From the NCBI GenBank assembly GCA_041946735.1, contig JBHGAY010000003.1:32001-96000 (forward strand): a DNA stretch of 64,000 bases. Direction: 5' to 3'. Of the stretch, positions 58,952-64,000 are shown one piece after another (the stretch's first letter is position 1; each line of letters opens with the position of its first letter). The translations under genes and the position numbers were made by a program. The stretch comes from Candidatus Eiseniibacteriota bacterium (GTDB taxonomy: Bacteria > Eisenbacteria > RBG-16-71-46 > CAIMUX01 > VGJL01). The notes beneath the pieces are model-generated. The model was not told the DNA's origin, did no database searches, and saw only the letters and a program-made list of their open reading frames with translations.

Positions 58952-59785
58952 TCAGCCGAGGTAGCGGCCGAGATCCTGGAAGCAGGCGTCCCAGAGCGAC
59001 TCGTAGGCGCGGAGCCGCTGCGGGGGAAGTCCGAAGGTCGTGTGCGTCAGCGTGATGCGCGAACCGGAGTCGAGCGGCCAGAACGAGATCGCGACCATCG
59101 AACGCGTGCCCGCGTCGTCCCATCTCCAACGGATGTGCCGGTGCTTCTGCAGCAGCAGGATCTCTCCCTGGATGGCCGAGCCGTCGGGCAGGACGAACTC
59201 GAGGCCGCCTCCCTCGTGCGGATCGATCCGCGCTTCGCGCAGCCACCAGGCCGTGAGATGCACCGGATCGAACCAGACCTGATAGGAGCGCTCGGCGGGC
59301 GCTCCAACGGAGGAATAGACGCGGATCGTCGACGGCTCGTGGTCGAGCCCTCCCTCTTCCACGAAGAAGCGCAGATTCACGAGCGTCTTCTCCCAGTCGG
59401 AGCGGATGATGTCGCGGGCGCCGGTCCACGATGCGTCGACCGGAAAGCCGGAGTGCCGGAGGGTGACGAGCGTGCCGCCCTCCGTGGGCGTGGCGCTCAA
59501 GCTCACCTGGGTGACGGCCGGACTGCCCGTCTGCTGCCAGGAGAGGACGAGGCGCCGGCTGACATGGAGGTCGAGAACGGTGCCCGCGATCGATCCGGGG
59601 AACGCGGGATCCTCCCAGACGATGCGGAACGGAGCGCCCGTCTCCGCGCGGAAATCGGTGCGCGCCTGCATCCAGGTCGACTGCGAGCGAGGATCCAGGA
59701 TCGCGCGCATCACGTCCTGATCCGGCGCATGGATGAGGATCTCGCACATGATCTCGGTCGTGCCCGGCTCGATCGATTTACTCAT
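58952..59785 (-). CDS. Tandem SRPBCC (AHSA1-like) domain protein
   Basis: Two repeats of I.A....V......P.....W...RLVLSW...T.V.L....GT.VTL.H.GF....W...L..L. Confidence 0.8.
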   Translation of the reverse strand: MSKSIEPGTTEIMCEILIHAPDQDVMRAILDPRSQSTWMQARTDFRAETGAPFRIVWEDPAFPGSIAGTVLDLHVSRRLVLSWQQTGSPAVTQVSLSATPTEGGTLVTLRHSGFPVDASWTGARDIIRSDWEKTLVNLRFFVEEGGLDHEPSTIRVYSSVGAPAERSYQVWFDPVHLTAWWLREARIDPHEGGGLEFVLPDGSAIQGEILLLQKHRHIRWRWDDAGTRSMVAISFWPLDSGSRITLTHTTFGLPPQRLRAYESLWDACFQDLGRYLG

Positions 59786-59831
59786 CCGCTTCTCGTCCTC
59801 ATCCCTTCCGTTCTCGTGGCTTCGTCAGCGG

Positions 59832-59915
59832 AGCTTCCGGCTCTCGGAGCTTCCGGCCTTCCGGCCTTCCGGCCTTCCGGCTCTCTGGGGTTTCCGGCTT
59901 TCCGGGCCTTCCGGC
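59832..59915. repeat. Degenerate CTTCCGG tandem tract in divergent intergenic region
   Basis: About 8 (C)TTCCGG units. Confidence 0.75.
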
Positions 59916-60011
59916 ATCCCGCCGGAGCGCCGGCCGCCTCTCCGCTCGGCGATCCTACCATCCGGCCCGACAGAGCCGCACGAGCGGTCTCTCCCGCCAC
60001 CCCGGTCGGGC

Positions 60012-60040
60012 TTGACCGGGCGTTCTGCCCTTCCTACCGT
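60012..60040 (+). promoter_or_regulatory. sigma70-type promoter
   Basis: TTGACC-N17-TACCGT, hexamers identical to the site at 6008. Confidence 0.55.
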
Positions 60041-60102
60041 ATGCGGATCGTGGTTCTCAGGAGAGACGATTCTCGGGCGATGTGGCCGGCGAGGCCGGAC
60101 TA

Positions 60103-62013
60103 ATGGAGCCGAACCCGGCCTCGAGCGCGACGCCGCCGGCCGCTCCCGCCACAGCCAAGGGATCCAATGCGCAGCCGCCCGGCGGCTCCCCCGCGCAACT
60201 GCGCAGGATCGGCTGGCTTCTCGCCTGGGCCGTCGTCTTCTGCGACATCGGCACGAGCGTCTACTACGTCCCGGGGATCCTCTATCACCACGTCGGGAAT
60301 CTCGCTCCGTACTTCGTCCTCTTGACGACGCTCGGCTTCCTGCTTCTCGCGCAGAAATACACGGAGGTCGCGGGAGACAATCCCGAGGGAGGCGGTGTCG
60401 TCACCGTCGCGCGCAAAGCCTTCGGGAGCTGGTGGGGGGCTCTCGGCGGGATTCTGATCACGATCGACTACTTCCTGACCTCCGCAATCTCCTCGGTGAG
60501 CGGATTCGCCTATCTCAGCTCCGTGCTGCCGGGGCTCGAGGCGCACGTCGTCCTCCTGGCGTGCAGCGGCCTTGTTCTGCTCTGCCTGTTGAACATCATC
60601 GGCATTCGCGAGAGCGCGACGGTGGCGCTCGTGATGGCGAGCGCCTCCTTCCTGGTGAACCTGGTCGTCGTGATCGTTTCGGGCGCCCGGCTGACGGGCG
60701 CCGATGTCGCGATCATCCGCGACGCGTGGGGCGATTTCTCCCGCCTGCCTCTACGTGAGCTTCTGATCGGCTTCGCCGGATCATGGCTCGCCTTCTCGGG
60801 TCTCGAAAGCATCAGCCAGCTTTCACCCGCGCTGAAGGCGCCGATCCACAAGACCGTCCGCTACGCGATGTTCCTCGTGATCGCATCGGTCATCCTGACC
60901 TCGCCCACCTTGACGGCCCTCTCTGTCGCCGCGATCCCGGCCGACATCAAGGCGACGCAGAGCGAGGCGTTCATCTCCCAGCTGGCCGCGGCCCGGGCCG
61001 GTCCCTGGATGCAGATCTCCGTCGTCGCCACCGCTTCCGCCCTGCTTCTCTTCGCCGCGAACACGGCGATGATCGGCGGCTATCACGTCTTCCTCGCGCT
61101 CTCGCGGGACCGCTTCTTCCCTCGGCTCCTGGCGCGCCGCAACGTGATGTTCTCGACGCCGCACTGGGCGATCGGGCTCGCGACGCTCGTCCCGGTGGTG
61201 ACGATCCTCGGCACCGCCGGCAATCTCACGATCCTCGGCGACATGTACTCCTTCGGCCTCCTCGGGGCGTTCACGTTCACCGCTCTCGGACTCGACGTCA
61301 TCCGCTGGAGGAAGAACCGGCGGGGGTGGCTCTTCTGGATCGGGCTGCTGACGACGACGATCGTGAGCGCCTCCTGGGTGATCAACATCATCGAGAAGCC
61401 GCTCGCGACGATCTATGGCGGCGGCCTCCTGATCCTCGGGCTGTTCTTCGCCCTGTCGGTCCGGCGTGACTGGATCGTCCATGCCCTGAACCGCTTCCCG
61501 CCGATCGCACGCCGGGCGGTCCTGCTGCGGGCAAGGACCGAGCTGCAGATCGAGGAGGAGAACGAGATTCTCTCGCTCGCCTCGGCCGTCGCGCTGAAGT
61601 CCCTCTATCCGTCCCACACGCTGGTGGCCACGACGAACTACAACCCGAAGCTGCTCGACGAGGCGATCCGACGCGTGCAGGGGGAGGGGCAGCATTCGCT
61701 CTTCCTGATGTCGGTGACGGAGTGGCCGGGCCTCTTCTCGGGAGCCGAGACCCGCCCGTCGTCCGACGTGATCCTCGCGATGAACGAGATGGTGCGACAC
61801 GCTCGCGATCGCGGGATGTTCGTCGTTCCGATCTGGTCGATCAGCGACAGCGCCGCCCGGACGATCGCGCGCGCGGCGCAGCAGCTCGACTGCAACGCGG
61901 TGATGATCGGGGTGAGCCAGCGCACGGCGATCTACCACATGCTACGCGGGAACGTGCTGCGCGGGCTCGCGCGCTACCTCCCCGACACCTACCGGATCAT
62001 CGCCGTCGGCTGA
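60103..62013 (+). CDS. APC-superfamily permease with C-terminal USP-like domain (possible K+ transporter)
   Basis: About 12 TMs, WAVVFCDIGTSVYY, PEGGGV, IDYFLT.AIS, AFSGLES; C-terminal IARAAQQLDCNAVMIGVS...LRGNVL. Confidence 0.82.
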   Translation: MEPNPASSATPPAAPATAKGSNAQPPGGSPAQLRRIGWLLAWAVVFCDIGTSVYYVPGILYHHVGNLAPYFVLLTTLGFLLLAQKYTEVAGDNPEGGGVVTVARKAFGSWWGALGGILITIDYFLTSAISSVSGFAYLSSVLPGLEAHVVLLACSGLVLLCLLNIIGIRESATVALVMASASFLVNLVVVIVSGARLTGADVAIIRDAWGDFSRLPLRELLIGFAGSWLAFSGLESISQLSPALKAPIHKTVRYAMFLVIASVILTSPTLTALSVAAIPADIKATQSEAFISQLAAARAGPWMQISVVATASALLLFAANTAMIGGYHVFLALSRDRFFPRLLARRNVMFSTPHWAIGLATLVPVVTILGTAGNLTILGDMYSFGLLGAFTFTALGLDVIRWRKNRRGWLFWIGLLTTTIVSASWVINIIEKPLATIYGGGLLILGLFFALSVRRDWIVHALNRFPPIARRAVLLRARTELQIEEENEILSLASAVALKSLYPSHTLVATTNYNPKLLDEAIRRVQGEGQHSLFLMSVTEWPGLFSGAETRPSSDVILAMNEMVRHARDRGMFVVPIWSISDSAARTIARAAQQLDCNAVMIGVSQRTAIYHMLRGNVLRGLARYLPDTYRIIAVG

Positions 62014-62038
62014 AGTCCCGAAGGATTCGCACACCGTC

Positions 62039-62488
62039 ATGCCATCGCTCTTCGAACCGGCGCGCCAAGCGGAGATGCTCGAGAGACTCTCCCGCCTCCA
62101 CGAGGACGCCCGGCCGCGTTGGGGCGCGATGTCCGCGGCGCAGATGCTGGCGCATCTCGCCGATCATCTCGAGCTGTCGCTCGGCGAGCGGCGCGGGCGA
62201 CCGCTCCCCGGCCCGCTCCGCCGACGGGCGATCGGCTGGCTCGCGCTCAGGCTTCTCCCGATCCCTCGGGCGACGCTGCACTCCGCCCCTGGCGTCCGTC
62301 CCTCCGGGCAGCACCGGGGATTCGAGGCGGAGCGGTCGAGGACCCGCGTGCTTCTTCTGCGTTGCGTCGCCCGCCTTCCCGAGGAGGACTGGGGGGAGAG
62401 CCCCCGTTTCGGCCGCCTGCCCAAGAGGGACTGGGGCATCCTCTCCTTCCGCCACTTCGACCACCATCTACGGCAGTTCGGCGTCTAG
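62039..62488 (+). CDS. DUF1569/DinB-like protein
   Basis: WGAMSAAQMLAH, P.FGRL...DWG....HFDHHLRQFGV. Confidence 0.85.
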   Translation: MPSLFEPARQAEMLERLSRLHEDARPRWGAMSAAQMLAHLADHLELSLGERRGRPLPGPLRRRAIGWLALRLLPIPRATLHSAPGVRPSGQHRGFEAERSRTRVLLLRCVARLPEEDWGESPRFGRLPKRDWGILSFRHFDHHLRQFGV

Positions 62489-62565
62489 CTCTAGCCGCGG
62501 CGGGGAACGCGGTTCGGCGTTTAGCTCTAGCGCCGCGGCGGGAAAGGCAGTTCGGCGTCTAGCTC
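62472..62565 (+). repeat. About 2.5 copies of a ~37 bp tandem repeat starting in the gene 3' end and including the stop
   Basis: GGCAGTTCGGCGTCTAGCTC at 62472 and 62546, variant GCGGTTCGGCGTTTAGCTC at 62509. Confidence 0.88.
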
Positions 62566-62907
62566 CGGCCTCGAGGCAAGCGGCTCCGAGGCCACCGTCA
62601 CCGCGGTCCCCTTGGCGAATGCTCGTTCCTCCCACTCCAAGATTTTCTCTTTGTGGCCGCCCGGGTGCGTCCGATAGGATCGTTGCGTCGGGGTTTTCGG
62701 ATCGAGGCTGCGATGTCCGGTTCCAGCGTTCGCAGGCTCGCGGATTCTGAAGCGCAGTCGCCTCTTCGTCCTCTTCGTCTTCTTGTCCTTCTTGTCCTTC
62801 CTTGGGCTTGCATTTTCGCTCGCCCATTTCTTTCAGGCTGCGATCCCGCGAGTCAGGCGGAGGCCGGGCCCCCCATCGCCCGCCTTCTCGGAAGGAAGGT
62901 GATTCCC

Positions 62908-64000
62908 ATGCGCAAGAGAGCGATTCCGGTCCTGCTGTTGATCGTGCTCGCGTCCGCCGCGCTCTCGTCGTGGGCCGCCGCTCAGCGACAAGGCGCACTG
63001 TCGCCGTACCACACGCGAAGACCCGGTGACGCGCCGTACCAGCGCTCGACCGGCGACTTCGATCCTCTGGCGCTCGGTCAGGCGACCGAGGCCGCTCCGG
63101 CGCTGCACGACTGGTACGCGACGTTCGGCCGGCCGGCGACCGGCGGACGGCAAGGCGCGCCAGATCTGCAAGGCGCGCACAGCGTGCAAGGCGCGTCCGG
63201 CCTCTTCGGCACCACTCTCTCGGAAGGCGACGAGTCTTGGTCCGACGCCTTCGCGGCTCCTCATCCTTTGCCGGGCGTCGACCAGCCGATCTACGCGATG
63301 ACGGTCTACGACGGCGATCTCGTCGTCGGAGGCTCCTTCGTGACCGCGGGAGAGACGATCGCCCGCTCGATCGCGCGCTGGGACGGATCATCCTGGCAGC
63401 CGCTCGGCGACGGCGTCGACGACTGCGTCCTGGCGCTCGCCGTCTATCGGGGAGACCTCTACGCAGCCGGGTATTTCACCGAGGCGGGAGGCGTGGCGGC
63501 GAACCACATCGCACGCTGGGACGGCTCCTCGTGGAGCGCGGCCGGCGAAGGCGTGGATGGGGAAGTCCTGGCTCTCACCGTCCTCGGTGACCGGCTGATC
63601 GCGGGAGGGGTCTTCGAAGGCGCGGGAGGAACGAGGGTGGCAAATCTCGCGGCGTGGGACGGCGCCGAGTGGACCGACGTGGGCGGAGGAGTGGACTATC
63701 CCGTCTTTGCGCTCGCTTCCTACCGGGACGCGCTGATCGTCGGCGGCGCCTTCTCGACCGCGGGGGGCCAGGCGATCCGCTATCTCGCCCGGTGGGACGG
63801 ACATCTCTGGAGCGAGGTCGGCGGCGAGTCGCCGAACTATCCGATCTTCGCGATGACGGCCTACGAGGACCAGCTCGTCGTGGCGAGCCTCTTCGATCGC
63901 ATCGGCGCCACGCGCGCCTACAGCATCGCCGCGTGGAACGGCTCCTCGTGGAGGGCGCTCGACGGCGGGATGGGCGACTACTGCGTCTGGTCGCTCGGCG
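62908..64000 (+). CDS. Secreted beta-propeller repeat protein (ARWDGxxW repeats), partial (runs off window end)
   Basis: Not in the ORF track. Manual translation MRKRAIPVLLLIVLASAALSSWAAA..., then ~47 aa repeats V.ALAVY.G.L..GG.F..AGG..A..IARWDG..W..LG.G; AAGGAAGG RBS. Confidence 0.85.
   Translation, partial: MRKRAIPVLLLIVLASAALSSWAAAQRQGALSPYHTRRPGDAPYQRSTGDFDPLALGQATEAAPALHDWYATFGRPATGGRQGAPDLQGAHSVQGASGLFGTTLSEGDESWSDAFAAPHPLPGVDQPIYAMTVYDGDLVVGGSFVTAGETIARSIARWDGSSWQPLGDGVDDCVLALAVYRGDLYAAGYFTEAGGVAANHIARWDGSSWSAAGEGVDGEVLALTVLGDRLIAGGVFEGAGGTRVANLAAWDGAEWTDVGGGVDYPVFALASYRDALIVGGAFSTAGGQAIRYLARWDGHLWSEVGGESPNYPIFAMTAYEDQLVVASLFDRIGATRAYSIAAWNGSSWRALDGGMGDYCVWSLG

Noticed and set aside
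60041..60103. 20 aa leader peptide MRIVVLRRDDSRAMWPARPD overlapping the permease start
   Set aside because: Its ATG abuts the -10 box and so would lie upstream of the expected transcription start; no attenuator features are visible.
62472..62565. CRISPR-like appearance (~20 bp repeat, ~37 bp period); similarly 40385-40457
   Set aside because: Only 2-3 copies, the intervening sequences resemble each other rather than being unique spacers, the repeat begins inside a CDS, and there are no cas genes in the window.
1..64000. tRNA, rRNA, integrase, transposase or prophage genes
   Set aside because: No recognisable motifs were found; very degenerate elements could be missed without a computational search.

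Overview
High-GC bacterial chromosomal window from a diderm organism (it encodes a TonB-dependent receptor, outer-membrane beta-barrels and RND pumps). C-terminal FlgD-Ig domains and a C-terminal 'TWGKLRAL' tail suggest, by inference only, an FCB-adjacent lineage such as Ca. Eisenbacteria, Krumholzibacteriota or Latescibacterota. About 48 CDS were found, mostly transport, hydrolase and regulatory genes. No rRNA, tRNA, CRISPR array or mobile element was seen. The standout is a ~9.5 kb minus-strand cluster (46474-55994) of seven genes carrying 47 hand-counted heme-binding motifs. It holds a CbcL-like cytochrome c/b fusion, an ImcH-like NapC/NirT protein, a 13-heme periplasmic cytochrome, a beta-barrel porin and three exported or lipoprotein cytochromes, so it looks like a complete quinone-to-surface electron conduit in one locus. 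Other notable items: a sortase with an adjacent Thr-rich LPGTA substrate in a diderm; an orphan RelA/SpoT-synthetase-like protein; a sigma54 GAF-activator locus driving a small NHLP-clan-like protein; a cobalamin riboswitch with BtuB-like and beta-propeller lipoprotein genes; and recurrent tandem duplications of gene 3' ends that include the stop codon. All product calls come from motif reading and recalled family knowledge; no database searches were run.
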